Shown: one piece after another, positions 1-9,363 of the stretch | Numbering within the stretch: the first letter of the stretch is position 1 | Layout of the letters: every line of letters begins with the position of its first letter | Assembly: GCA_963818475.1 (NCBI GenBank) | Contig: CAWFSF010000003.1 | Coordinates: 32,001-96,000, forward strand | Direction: 5' to 3' | Length of the DNA: 64,000 nt | Source of the DNA: Nitrospirota bacterium | Lineage (GTDB): Bacteria > Nitrospirota > UBA9217 | The notes under the pieces: model-generated | The model's input: the letters and a program-made list of their open reading frames with translations, nothing else | Database searches by the model: none | Told to the model about the DNA's origin: nothing | Made by a program: the position numbers and the translations under genes

Positions 1-995
1 TCGTAGATGCTGCCTAAAAGCTCTACGCCGATGGCGTCGAAACGGTATCTTGTCTTGGGGAAGTAGAGGTTGTCGATGATGTCCGAGAGAAGATCGGAAT
101 CAACGTCCACGCTCTCGCATGCGTGCGGCTTGAAGATGTCGCCGTTCAGGTCGTCGTTCACCTCGCGGAAGAGGTCAACAAGCGCAGGCATCATGGACTT
201 GCGCTTCCCCTCTTCCCTCCATTGCGCCACAATCTCCCAAAGCTCCCGCTCCGGCCTGATCTTCCGGTCTTCGGCAATGCGGATGAAAATGATGCGGTCG
301 AGCAGCTTCTGGACCACGTCATTCAGCACATGGACGTCGAGGTCGTGATTTCGCTTGTTGATGTCCTTGGCAAGCTCCGTACGCCACCCGGTCAGGTCTT
401 CGAGGAAAGACTTGTCCGGCGGGATTCTGAGGCGTTTGCTCTTCGGGTCCCGGGGAAGCAGCGCCTCCAGCGAACCCGCCGTAACACGCTCTTTCGAAAG
501 CTCCCAGAGCTTCTCGATGTTGGCGAGAAAGTCCGTGTATTTGAAATTATAGAGAAGACCTTCCTGGGGATATTTCGGATTCGGTTTGAGCGAAGCGTCG
601 AAGAGCTTGAACTGTTCAAAATCGGTGAGGATGACGAACTGGACTTCCTTGGTCGACCATGCGTAGGTTTTTGCCTGCATGATATGGTTCACATCGTCCA
701 GCGGCACCCACGGGGCCTTGGCTTCGACGAAGAGTTTGGTGCTGCCGTTTATGCGGAAGTTGTAATCAGGGCGAAGGGATGTTTCCGGGGAAAGCTCGAC
801 GATCACGTCGCGGTCATGGGGCGGTTTGTGGGCCTTGTTCTCGATGTCCCAGCCGAGGGCGTCGAAAAAGGGATTCAGAAAATCGATGCGTACTTGGGCT
901 TCGGGATAGCCCTTCTGGAGGTAGTGGTTTTTGTCCTGTTCGAACTTCGAGACTAAGGAGCGCAGTTTTTCCCGGAATGAGTCGATATCAGCCAT
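1..995 (-). CDS. Type IIG (Eco57I-like) restriction-modification enzyme, N-terminal part; runs off the window start
   Basis: Manual translation from ATG at 995 gives MADIDSFREKLRSLVSKFEQ...EAQVRIDFLNPFFDALGWD...RPDYNFRINGSTKLFVEAK (PD-(D/E)XK HsdR_N-like motif)...LLDRIIFIRIAEDR...YRFDAIGVELLGSIY, typical of Type IIG enzymes. Not in the ORF track because it has no stop in the window. Confidence 0.85.
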   Translation of the reverse strand, partial: MADIDSFREKLRSLVSKFEQDKNHYLQKGYPEAQVRIDFLNPFFDALGWDIENKAHKPPHDRDVIVELSPETSLRPDYNFRINGSTKLFVEAKAPWVPLDDVNHIMQAKTYAWSTKEVQFVILTDFEQFKLFDASLKPNPKYPQEGLLYNFKYTDFLANIEKLWELSKERVTAGSLEALLPRDPKSKRLRIPPDKSFLEDLTGWRTELAKDINKRNHDLDVHVLNDVVQKLLDRIIFIRIAEDRKIRPERELWEIVAQWREEGKRKSMMPALVDLFREVNDDLNGDIFKPHACESVDVDSDLLSDIIDNLYFPKTRYRFDAIGVELLGSIY

Positions 996-1092
996 GGTAC
1001 CCCTTGGCGCAAAGGATAGGTTCCATCGCCGCATATCATAGCATCAAACTCCCGGATACTGAAGTTCTTTTTGATCAAGAAGCATCACAGCG

Positions 1093-1443
1093 TCATTTGG
1101 AAGAAAAGGTCTTCAGCAGATCAATCACCGCTTTTTTGGTTTTCCTGGACTTGATACGCCGGTAGAGCCGCAAAAGCTCCGTTTCATCCTTCGGCGCTTT
1201 TCCGTAAGCCGCCGGGGCTTCCGCTACGGTTTCCGTTGCTGGGAAAAAAAGCGTTATTGGCACATTGACGGCCTTGGCGATCTGCTTCAGCCTTTCCACG
1301 CTGATATTGTCGCTGCCCTTTTCGTACTTCTGCACCTGCTGATACGAAACACCGATCAGCTCAGACAGCTCCATCTGGGTCATGCCGCGCGTTTTTCTTG
1401 CTTCCTTGATCATCTGCCCGATGCGCCTGTTGTCGAATTTCAT
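1093..1443 (-). CDS. XRE-family HTH transcriptional regulator
   Basis: IGQMIKEARKTRGMTQMELSELIGVSYQQVQKYEKG helix-turn-helix. Confidence 0.9.
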   Translation of the reverse strand: MKFDNRRIGQMIKEARKTRGMTQMELSELIGVSYQQVQKYEKGSDNISVERLKQIAKAVNVPITLFFPATETVAEAPAAYGKAPKDETELLRLYRRIKSRKTKKAVIDLLKTFSSK

Positions 1444-1502
1444 GCCTGTACTTTAGGAAAAATCGCCGCAAATGTCTATCAACCCATGGTTGTATTATTA
1501 TA

Positions 1503-1531
1503 TTGACTGACACAACCGTGAGTGGCATAAT
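1503..1531 (+). promoter_or_regulatory. Sigma70-type promoter of the response regulator, with a possible XRE operator half-site in the spacer
   Basis: TTGACT-N17-CATAAT; CAACC in the spacer echoes the palindrome CAACCcatGGTTG at 1480-1492. Confidence 0.6.
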
Positions 1532-1558
1532 ACGGTACTTCTATCTGGGGAGGGGGAA

Positions 1559-1912
1559 ATGAAAAACACGAAGACCGTTCTTGTTATCGAGGATGCCCGG
1601 CTGCTCAGAGAACTGTTGTGCGGTTTACTGGAGGCCAACGGCTTTGAAGTGCGGGGCTGCAAAGACGGGGTGTCGGCGCTGGAGGCCGCGGCGGAAACCA
1701 CTTTCCACGTCATTATTACCGATTACCGAATGCCGAACATGAACGGCATTGAAGCGACAAAACACCTGCGCAGGCGGTTTCCCGCATCAATTATCATCGG
1801 CGTAAGCTTTGACGACATGGAAAAAGCATTTCTCGCTGCAGATGCGGATGCTTTTTTACTGAAACCATATCACCCTGAAGATATTTTGAACCTTATGACC
1901 ATGAAAAGATGA
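1559..1912 (+). CDS. Single-domain response regulator (REC)
   Basis: VLVIED...IITDYRMPNMNG...FLLKP. Confidence 0.9.
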   Translation: MKNTKTVLVIEDARLLRELLCGLLEANGFEVRGCKDGVSALEAAAETTFHVIITDYRMPNMNGIEATKHLRRRFPASIIIGVSFDDMEKAFLAADADAFLLKPYHPEDILNLMTMKR

Positions 1913-1938
1913 TGGGGTTTCTGACTTGAACGATCGGC

Positions 1939-3423
1939 TCAGGCCTTCGCCACGCGCACGAGGGTGTTGTTCTCGTTCAGGCCGTCGATGATGGCGCCGA
2001 GGCCTGCCATGTTCCGGAGGTAGTTCAAGGCGTCCTGGGAGATCTCTTCTCCCGGGACCAGGAGCGGGATGCCCGGGGGATAGACGGTCACGATCTCGGT
2101 CGAGACCCGGCCGATAGAATCGTTCACATTCACGAGCTCGCTGTCGGAATAGAAGGCGTCGCGCGGGGTCATGGCAAAGCGGTTGTCCAGCACCGGCGGG
2201 TGGACCTTGTCGAGCGGCAAGAGCGCGCCCTGCAGACCGGTCTCGGCGGAGATCACCTTGAGCGCCTCCACAAGCCGGTTCAGGTCGTCCTGGCGGTCGC
2301 CGATCGAGACGATGACGAGCACATGGAAGGGGTCGGCCATCTCGACCTGGATGCCGAAGCGGATGTTCAGCAGGTGGGAGACCTGGTAGCCCGACAATCC
2401 CAGGTCCGCCACGGTGATGGTCAGCTTGGTCACGTCCATGTCATGCATGCCTGCCTGTTTTGCCTGGTCCTTGGTGAAACAGGTGATGCCCGGTATCTTG
2501 TTGATCTCGGCGCGCGCTTCTTCGGCAAACTTGATGGTCCGGGTCAGGAGCTTTTTGCCTTCCGTGGCCATCTGCATGCGCGCCAGGTCGAGCGAGGCCA
2601 TCAGGATGTAGGAGGGGCTGGTGGTCTGAAGGAGCTTCAGGGTGTTCGTAACATCGTCCAGGTTGACCCTGCCGGCGTTCGCATGGAGCATGGACGCCTG
2701 GGTCATGCCGCCCACGATCTTGTGCGTGGACTGAACGCACATGTCCGCTCCGGCCTCTAAGGCGCATTTGGGAAGCTTGGGATGAAACTTGAGGTGCGGA
2801 CCGTGCGCCTCGTCCACGAACACCAGAAGACCCTTGTCGTGGGCGTACGAGATGATTGTTTCGATGTCCGCGCAGAGGCCGTAGTAGTTCGGACTGGTGA
2901 TCAGGAGCGCACGCGCTCCGGGATTGGCGTCAACCGCTGCTTTGACCGTTTCAAAGGTCACGTTCAGGGTAAGCTTGAGGTCGCGGTCGAATCGGGGCTG
3001 GAAGAAAATGGGAGAGGCCCCGCTCATGATCAGCCCCGTAAGCACGGACCGGTGGCAGTTCCGGGCGATCAGGACCTTGTCCCCCGGACCGGTGGTGGCA
3101 GCCACCATGGCATGGTTCCCGACCGTGGTGCCGTTCACGAGGAAAAAGGAGCGGTCAGCGCCTGCTGACTTGGCAGCCAGTTCCTGGGCTTCCTTGATGA
3201 CTCCCGTGGGGTTCTGAAGCGAATCGACCTCGTCCAGGGTAGTGAGGTCGATGGAGAAGACGCGCGGCCCCACGAATTTACGGAACCGGGTGGCAATGCC
3301 TTTGCCGCTCTTGTGCCCGGGCGTATGGAACGAGACCTTGCGGCTTTCGGCAAGGTTCACCATTGCGTCGAACAAGGGAGTGCGGAACTGCTCGTCCTCG
3401 GGTTTGTTGGGAGGGGGGGTCAT
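1939..3423 (-). CDS. PLP-dependent Orn/Lys/Arg decarboxylase (fold type I; probably arginine decarboxylase)
   Basis: FHTPGHK, VDEAHG and QSTHK (PLP lysine) motifs; C-terminal YPPGIP; in an operon with speE and speD. Confidence 0.9.
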   Translation of the reverse strand: MTPPPNKPEDEQFRTPLFDAMVNLAESRKVSFHTPGHKSGKGIATRFRKFVGPRVFSIDLTTLDEVDSLQNPTGVIKEAQELAAKSAGADRSFFLVNGTTVGNHAMVAATTGPGDKVLIARNCHRSVLTGLIMSGASPIFFQPRFDRDLKLTLNVTFETVKAAVDANPGARALLITSPNYYGLCADIETIISYAHDKGLLVFVDEAHGPHLKFHPKLPKCALEAGADMCVQSTHKIVGGMTQASMLHANAGRVNLDDVTNTLKLLQTTSPSYILMASLDLARMQMATEGKKLLTRTIKFAEEARAEINKIPGITCFTKDQAKQAGMHDMDVTKLTITVADLGLSGYQVSHLLNIRFGIQVEMADPFHVLVIVSIGDRQDDLNRLVEALKVISAETGLQGALLPLDKVHPPVLDNRFAMTPRDAFYSDSELVNVNDSIGRVSTEIVTVYPPGIPLLVPGEEISQDALNYLRNMAGLGAIIDGLNENNTLVRVAKA

Positions 3424-3575
3424 GGCGTTCTATCAGTATTGTACCCGAAGCAGGAGAAATCCGCTTCAAAAGCACAGGGAGCTGCTCCAAAAAAATGAGG
3501 CGTACAGGAGTTAGTACGCCGCAGTCAGAACTTGATCCGCAGCACCATGCTGCAGTTTGGCTTTGTGCAAAGCCG

Positions 3576-4496
3576 CTAATGATAGGTGAAGAGCGGTGCA
3601 TTATCCTCGATGATCTTCGTCTCTTCCGCCATGGCCTTGCGGATGTGCTTCGGCAGAGAGTACATCCCCTGGTTCGTGATGCCGTCGTAGTACCGGTTCT
3701 CGCCCTTGATCCGCTTTTTTATCATCTCGTCCACTTCCTGGGGAGAGAACTTCCTTGGATCGAGGTTCTTCGATGCCAGGGTGAAGCCCCAGGGAAGGCC
3801 GAAGGACGGGATCGAGACCGCATAGGGTGCGACAACGGGGAAGACCGCGTTCAGGGTCTTGTCAACCGCCGTGAAGTTCAAGAGCTGGTGCAAAGCAGTG
3901 GTGCCGGCCTGGAGCGAGATGGTGCCGTCCGGGCTTAAGCGCTCTTTCACGATCTCGTAGAACTCGCGGGTGTACAGGAGGTACGCCGGACCTTCTTCCA
4001 CAGGCTCGGAGATATCGATGATGATGACGTCGTAGGTGTCGGTCGTTTCCTCGAGATACTTGCGAGCATCCATGTACCGGAGGTCCGTCCGCGAATCGTC
4101 AAAGGCACCCTGGTGCCACTCGGGAAGCAGTTCCTTCGACTTTTCAACAACTTCCTGGTCGATGTCCACCATCATGCAGTACTCGACGCTCTTGTGGCGC
4201 AGAACTTCTCGGAGCGTTGCACCTTCGCCGCCGCCGACAATGAACACCCGCTTCGGGTTTGGATGCGTAAGCATGGCCGGATGGACCAGGCCCTCATGGT
4301 AGATGAACTCGTCGGTGACGGTGGACTGCATCTTGCCGTCGAGCACCAGGCACCGGCCATAGCTCCCGCTGTCCATGATCTCCATCTTCTGGAACTTGGT
4401 CTGGCTCGCATACTGGATCATCTTGATGCCGTGGATATGCCCCTCGTCGGGGCTCGTGTACTCAATGAACCACTTGTTGCTCTTGGGCTCTATCAT
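3576..4496 (-). CDS. speE: Polyamine aminopropyltransferase (spermidine synthase)
   Basis: LVLDGKMQST, DEFIYHE and VGGGEGATLRE motifs. Confidence 0.95.
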   Translation of the reverse strand: MIEPKSNKWFIEYTSPDEGHIHGIKMIQYASQTKFQKMEIMDSGSYGRCLVLDGKMQSTVTDEFIYHEGLVHPAMLTHPNPKRVFIVGGGEGATLREVLRHKSVEYCMMVDIDQEVVEKSKELLPEWHQGAFDDSRTDLRYMDARKYLEETTDTYDVIIIDISEPVEEGPAYLLYTREFYEIVKERLSPDGTISLQAGTTALHQLLNFTAVDKTLNAVFPVVAPYAVSIPSFGLPWGFTLASKNLDPRKFSPQEVDEMIKKRIKGENRYYDGITNQGMYSLPKHIRKAMAEETKIIEDNAPLFTYH

Positions 4497-4894
4497 GCTG
4501 AAACCAATTCTCCCTGAACAACCGGTTTATGCGGAAGCTTTTCGTTGCCGAGGATCCCCCTCTTCATTTCAACCATGGAGGGGCTCTTTGACTGGAATTT
4601 CTCGATGAGGTAGTCTGCGGCGACCCTGGGGTCGATCAGGTCTCCGCAGGTGAAGACGTCGACTGCGGCGTAGCCGTATTCCGGCCAGGTGTGGATGGCA
4701 AGATGGGATTCGGCGATGACCACCATCCCGCTGATGCCAAAGGGGCTGAACTCGTGGAAAGCGACTTCAACAATGGTCGCCTTAGCCTCAAGTGCTGCAT
4801 TTTTTAGTGTTTCCCGTACAAACTCTAGGCTGCCTAGTGTTTTGGGGTTGCAATCCTTTAATTCCAACAACAGGTGAGTTCCTAGTGCGTGCAA
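4493..4894 (-). CDS. speD: S-adenosylmethionine decarboxylase proenzyme
   Basis: IAESHLAIHTWPE self-cleavage motif, DVFTCG; TTG start with AAGGAGG Shine-Dalgarno (SD). Confidence 0.95.
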   Translation of the reverse strand: MHALGTHLLLELKDCNPKTLGSLEFVRETLKNAALEAKATIVEVAFHEFSPFGISGMVVIAESHLAIHTWPEYGYAAVDVFTCGDLIDPRVAADYLIEKFQSKSPSMVEMKRGILGNEKLPHKPVVQGELVSA

Positions 4895-4899
4895 CCTGT

Positions 4900-5025
4900 T
4901 TACCTCCTTCTCAGCCCGCTTCGCAAGCTTCCCGAGGTCATCGGGATCTCAGCAGGACAGCCTCCCGATCTCTCGAGAGGGCTCGTTGACCAAATCCAAT
5001 CCGCCTCGACTTCTGACGGGCCCAG
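4900..5025 (-). CDS. Candidate leader peptide (uORF, CTG start) upstream of speD
   Basis: Open 42-codon frame MGPSEVEADWIWSTSPLERSGGCPAEIPMTSGSLRSGLRRR*; the last codons overlap the speD SD. Confidence 0.45.
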   Translation of the reverse strand: MGPSEVEADWIWSTSPLERSGGCPAEIPMTSGSLRSGLRRR

Positions 5026-5045
5026 ATACTGTAAAATTTGTAATG

Positions 5046-5074
5046 TGATTTATCAAAATTACGCTTCTTTGTCA
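5046..5074 (-). promoter_or_regulatory. Sigma70-type promoter of the speD operon
   Basis: TTGACA followed at the expected distance by TGATAAAT on the minus strand, about 20 nt upstream of the uORF. Confidence 0.55.
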
Positions 5075-5569
5075 AGAATAAAATGGATCTCGCTTCATTT
5101 TTTTCGCGCGAGACGCGAGAACGACCCCGACACGACTCCCAGCGGAGATTTTTGACTTCGCATCGCGGTCACGGCACGGTTTTTGTCGTCGATTTTGAGG
5201 CTTCGACCGGGTGACGACCGTTCGCTTTTCTTTGCATGAGCGAGCGACGTCGCGCGAGCGTCAGAAGAGAGAGCATTTTCTCCTCTCATGAGTGCGAGAT
5301 CTCGTCTGGTGAACGCTAAAAGACCTCCTCACGAAGCCGCGCTCGACGCTCCATACACCCTTTTCCCTCCCCTGAGCTCCCGTCGACCTGTCTCGCGTCC
5401 ACCACGCCGACCATTTCATCAAAAAACACTTTACATCTGTCTTAGATAGTTTTAATATTGTGCCTTAAATCGGCGGTCAACCGCCGAAGAGCCGGATGAG
5501 CACCGGGGTTTCACCCTGACCGCTGTCGTTATTTCGGCACCTGAACTCAGTTCTGGAGGTTTTACCCGC

Positions 5570-6224
5570 ATGTCTGCCAAAAAGTTCGTTGAGATCGGCT
5601 CGGTGCTCGTCAATCCCGAGATCTTCACCCGCCCCTACACCTGCGACGTGGTCGGCTATGACTGCAAATCGCAGTGCTGCTACCGCGCCTGCATCGTGCC
5701 GGAGCACGAGGCCAAAAGGATCGAGGCGAACTTCGACGACATCCTGTCTTATCTTAGCTCAGAGAACCGGGACGTGCTCAAAAAAAACGGCACGATCCTG
5801 GCGGACTGCAAAAAACAATGCCCCAAGGGCTGCGAGATCCACGACGACGAGGCCCAGGCCATCAAGCGGGCCTTCGGAGGCAAGGAATTCCGCTGCGTCC
5901 TGATCCACAACAACATCTGCTGCCCTGCTCTACACCAACAAGGAAGGGCTCAAGTACTGCGCCGTGCATACCTATGCCATGGACAAAGGCCTGGTCTGGG
6001 AGGAGTACAAGTTCGCCGACTGTGTGCAGTATCCCCTCGCTTTCTACACCACCGGGGAAGGCAAGCAGGTGCTCTCCATCCAGGACACTCCCTATCTGGA
6101 CCACATCCCGTGCATGAAAAGCCCGAAGGGCGACCCCATGTACAAGAGCCTCAAGAAGACGATCGAGACCTACCTGGGCAAGGATTTCTACAAGGAACTG
6201 GAAGCCTACGCGAAGAAGAAGTAG
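5570..6224 (+). CDS. Cys-rich DUF3109/YkgJ-like putative Fe-S or Zn protein (frameshift near 5920)
   Basis: C...CKSQCC...C in the first frame, continued by ...CAVH...CVQYP in ORF 5964-6224. Confidence 0.55.
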
Positions 6225-6247
6225 CGGGATATAGCAAGTCGACTTTA

Positions 6248-6325
6248 ACCACAGAGGCACAGAGGACACAGAGAAAATCCTTTTATTTCAAGATGCCTTT
6301 CTCCGTGACTCCGTGCCTCCGTGGT
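6248..6325. repeat. REP-like inverted repeat (ACCACAGAGGCACAGAG...CTCCGTGCCTCCGTGGT)
   Basis: Imperfect palindrome of 8-9 nt units; related copy at 62171-62249. Confidence 0.75.
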
Positions 6326-6367
6326 AGATAATCTTTTGTCCTTCGGTGGTTGATGTACACCTAACCT

Positions 6368-7139
6368 ATGGGAAACCTCTTCCTCAGCTTTACCATAGCC
6401 ATTTCCGGCGCGATCGGTCTCGTAGTTCTGAGTGGTGTTTTCAACCTCGAGAACTACACCAGCAAGACATTACCGCTCATTCCGATCCTCTACGCCATCG
6501 TCTACGAGGTCCTGGAACACAACAAAAAGGGCAAGGGTAAGGTCGTTCAGGCAACCCGGGAGAAGACAGAGGTGAAGGAGCGCGGAGCGCTCGCCGCCGA
6601 ACCGCTCACCTTCGGCAAAACTCGTCGCAGACGTGGGCGTCATCTTCATCATCAAGTTCTCCGTCGAGATGTTCCTCCTGGCGCTCTTCCTCCGCTTCAG
6701 CGGCCAGGCCTTCAGCGAGGCTTACGGCACGTTCTCCATCGATACCGTGGGCAAGCTCCTCCGGGGCGATCACCCCTGGCTCACGGGGAACGAAGGCATG
6801 TACCTGCTGGCTCTTATCGCGCTCATCACCTGCCTCCTCTCCGGCCTTTGGATCGGGTACACATCGAAAGGGATGGCCATCCTGGAAGGCGTGCTCGCCG
6901 GGGCCGCGGTCACCGTGATCATGGCCATGACCAACATGCTCACCCTCTACCGCAAGCTGGAAGAGGTCACGGTCCAGTTTGCCGATTCCCTGGGTTATGT
7001 GATAAGCGCGGGATTTCTGGTCGGGATCGCGCTCCAGGTGCTGCTCTACGGACTCTGGAGCGGACTGGTGCAGCGCGGGAAGAACGAACGGGCGCGGCTT
7101 GCGGCTGTTGAGAAAACAACGAAGAAATCCAAAAAGTAA
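6368..7139 (+). CDS. Multi-pass membrane protein (frameshift near 6620)
   Basis: Hydrophobic ORFs 6368 and 6633 join into one protein. Confidence 0.6.
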
Positions 7140-7234
7140 TTCTCCTCCTGGGCCTCACCGTACTGCTAGCCTGAATAAAACTGACGGCTTAACTCCTGCG
7201 GCATCTTGTTCGATGAGGGTGGGGAACACGGGTA

Positions 7235-7708
7235 TCATATACCGGCAGAATTCGTGCGTTTCTTCAGAAGCTGTCTTAACCGGACGGCATGTTCGTTCGT
7301 ATCGGACTTCAGACGCTCGATCAGGACCCGATGTTCGTGCGATTCGGCTGAAAAGTGGTCAAGGACCTTTCGTTCTATCAGGGATTCTTCGATGCTGGCC
7401 GCCAATGAAAGCGCCTTGAGAAGCGTGAGGGTGCCCTGTGTCTGGACGAAGATATTCTCCACATAGTTGACGAACGAATTCACCGTATAGGTGCGCGTCT
7501 TGTCTTCATTGAACATGAGCTGTCCCGCTTTCACCTTATCGGTGAAATATTCGATCCACTGCGCATGCTTCAGCTCTTCGTTGTGCTGTTCCATGAAAAA
7601 ATCCGCCTCCTCAGGAAACTTTATCGCGAGCCACCGGTACAATTGAGCGAGTTTGAGTTCCAGTCCTATGAACAGGGAAAGCATCGTCGTCTGGTAATCC
7701 TTGATCAT
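7235..7708 (-). CDS. Ferritin-like/rubrerythrin-family protein
   Basis: E-x-x-L...Y, EELKH and DTNEH four-helix-bundle motifs. Confidence 0.7.
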   Translation of the reverse strand: MIKDYQTTMLSLFIGLELKLAQLYRWLAIKFPEEADFFMEQHNEELKHAQWIEYFTDKVKAGQLMFNEDKTRTYTVNSFVNYVENIFVQTQGTLTLLKALSLAASIEESLIERKVLDHFSAESHEHRVLIERLKSDTNEHAVRLRQLLKKRTNSAGI

Positions 7709-7820
7709 CTATTGTCCCCCTGTCAACGACAGCCCGCGGGGCCACTGCGGAGCTGCCGTTGAACAATTCCTCCCTGCGGCATCCCGCAGGGAGAAGCTTA
7801 CGTCTAAAATCAGGAATACC

Positions 7821-9302
7821 TCACCTGATCCCCTTCGGTGTATCCTTTCTGTGCTGCTGCGAAATATAGTTGGCCGTAAAAATGTATTCGTCGATGTAAT
7901 CCCGTTTGCCGTCGCCGTTGAGATCGAAACGGGGCGCTTTTGCGGTCCCCTGTTCCTTGAGGAACAGCTTGAAATCCGCCTCCGTCAGTTTGCCTGACGA
8001 CCGGTCGATATTGACATCCATCGGTGGGGCTACGGTCAGAGGCATTACGCTCAGCTGATGGCCCTTCGGCAAGATGACCGCTGATTCCCATGTCCTCTTG
8101 TCCGGCAGCAGCTCCGCGACCCATTGGTTTTCCTTATTTGTCAGCGATACCAGGCTCACGCCCTCAAGGAGGAAATTATTATTCTCGCCCTTTGAATCGA
8201 GCTCAATGATCATTTTGACCGTCGTCTTGCCGTCGGAGAGAACGAGCGGCGGGTCCTGAGGCATCATGTCCGTCTTAAACAACGCAATGAGTGACTCCGG
8301 CGTTTTTTGTCCCTTATATTCCCGGAACTTTTCCAGGATGCTTTGGTAAGCCGGAACCTTCTTCTTTTCGGGCTCGTGGATCCTGATATCAGGTTTTTCA
8401 GCCTTGGCGACCGTCACGCGCTCCTGTTCAGGAGCTTGTTCCTTCTCCGGCTGAGCTCCCTCAGGAGCAGGTTTCTCCCCGCCCGGCTGAGTCGTCTTGC
8501 CTTCGGTCGGAAGGGTTACGGGAACGAGCAGAACGCCGGCACCCGTTGTCCCGCTCGAGGATGCGTCTTGTGAAGATCCCGCTGTCGAATTCTCTTTCTG
8601 CTGCGCAGGCGCATTGGTACTGCCGCCTGTGCCGGCGGTTTGGGCTGCGCTGCCTCCCTGCGCTTCGGCGCCCGTCTGCCCTCCGGTGTCGCTGTTCGCT
8701 GCCCCGTCACCGGTCTTCATCGCGTTCACGAAGCTGGAGGAGACCGGAACGGTGCGTCCCTGCTCCGATAAACCCGAAGCCGACAACGACCTGATATCGG
8801 CCCCGGTGCTTTTCAGCCGGGTAAAGGATACGGTTGCGACGGTGCCGTTGCCTTTGATCTCCGAGGTCCGGACAATGGCCAGGCGCATGGTTCCTGGTTT
8901 CGATACATTTACTGCTGAAAGGGCTCCTCCCACCAGACCTCCCTGCGTGATCTTCGGACTGGAAACGGATGAAGGATCGTAGTTGACCGTAATGTCCAAG
9001 CCGGACAGTCCGGAGAGATCATTGCCCTGGATCACATACGCGCTGTCCGAGGCCGGAGTCATAATGACCGCGCCGGAGGCAGCAAAAGCTCCGTGCGCTG
9101 TCAGGAATGTCAGTACCAGTGAGATACAAGCCGTTACTAATCCGTCGGGGTCCCAGGCGAGAACATGGTCCGGTCCGATGATAAACGTCGGTCCACTTTG
9201 CGCAAGCAATGCTGCACTTGAGCGCTCCGCCTGAATCAAAAGCTTCTCGAAGACGAAAGCGGTGTGCCGTTCTTTTGTGACATCCGGTCTGAAGAGCAAC
9301 AA
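7821..9302 (-). CDS. Exported cohesin-domain protein with C-terminal EF-hand/dockerin-like motif; true start uncertain (about 9130-9170)
   Basis: GLDITVNYDP...GNGTVATVSF cohesin-like segment, low-complexity linker, DLNGDGKRDYIDEYI. Confidence 0.7.
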   Translation of the reverse strand: MLLFRPDVTKERHTAFVFEKLLIQAERSSAALLAQSGPTFIIGPDHVLAWDPDGLVTACISLVLTFLTAHGAFAASGAVIMTPASDSAYVIQGNDLSGLSGLDITVNYDPSSVSSPKITQGGLVGGALSAVNVSKPGTMRLAIVRTSEIKGNGTVATVSFTRLKSTGADIRSLSASGLSEQGRTVPVSSSFVNAMKTGDGAANSDTGGQTGAEAQGGSAAQTAGTGGSTNAPAQQKENSTAGSSQDASSSGTTGAGVLLVPVTLPTEGKTTQPGGEKPAPEGAQPEKEQAPEQERVTVAKAEKPDIRIHEPEKKKVPAYQSILEKFREYKGQKTPESLIALFKTDMMPQDPPLVLSDGKTTVKMIIELDSKGENNNFLLEGVSLVSLTNKENQWVAELLPDKRTWESAVILPKGHQLSVMPLTVAPPMDVNIDRSSGKLTEADFKLFLKEQGTAKAPRFDLNGDGKRDYIDEYIFTANYISQQHRKDTPKGIR

Positions 9303-9363
9303 CCCGTAACCCGACCAACAGGGTCAATCCTGAAAACCCTAAACGTCATATCCCTTTTGTTAT

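Noticed and set aside
123-956. Plus-strand 277-aa ORF, and similar long antisense ORFs such as 11960-14212 and 62458-63993
   Set aside because: These are shadows of recognisable minus-strand genes in GC-rich DNA.
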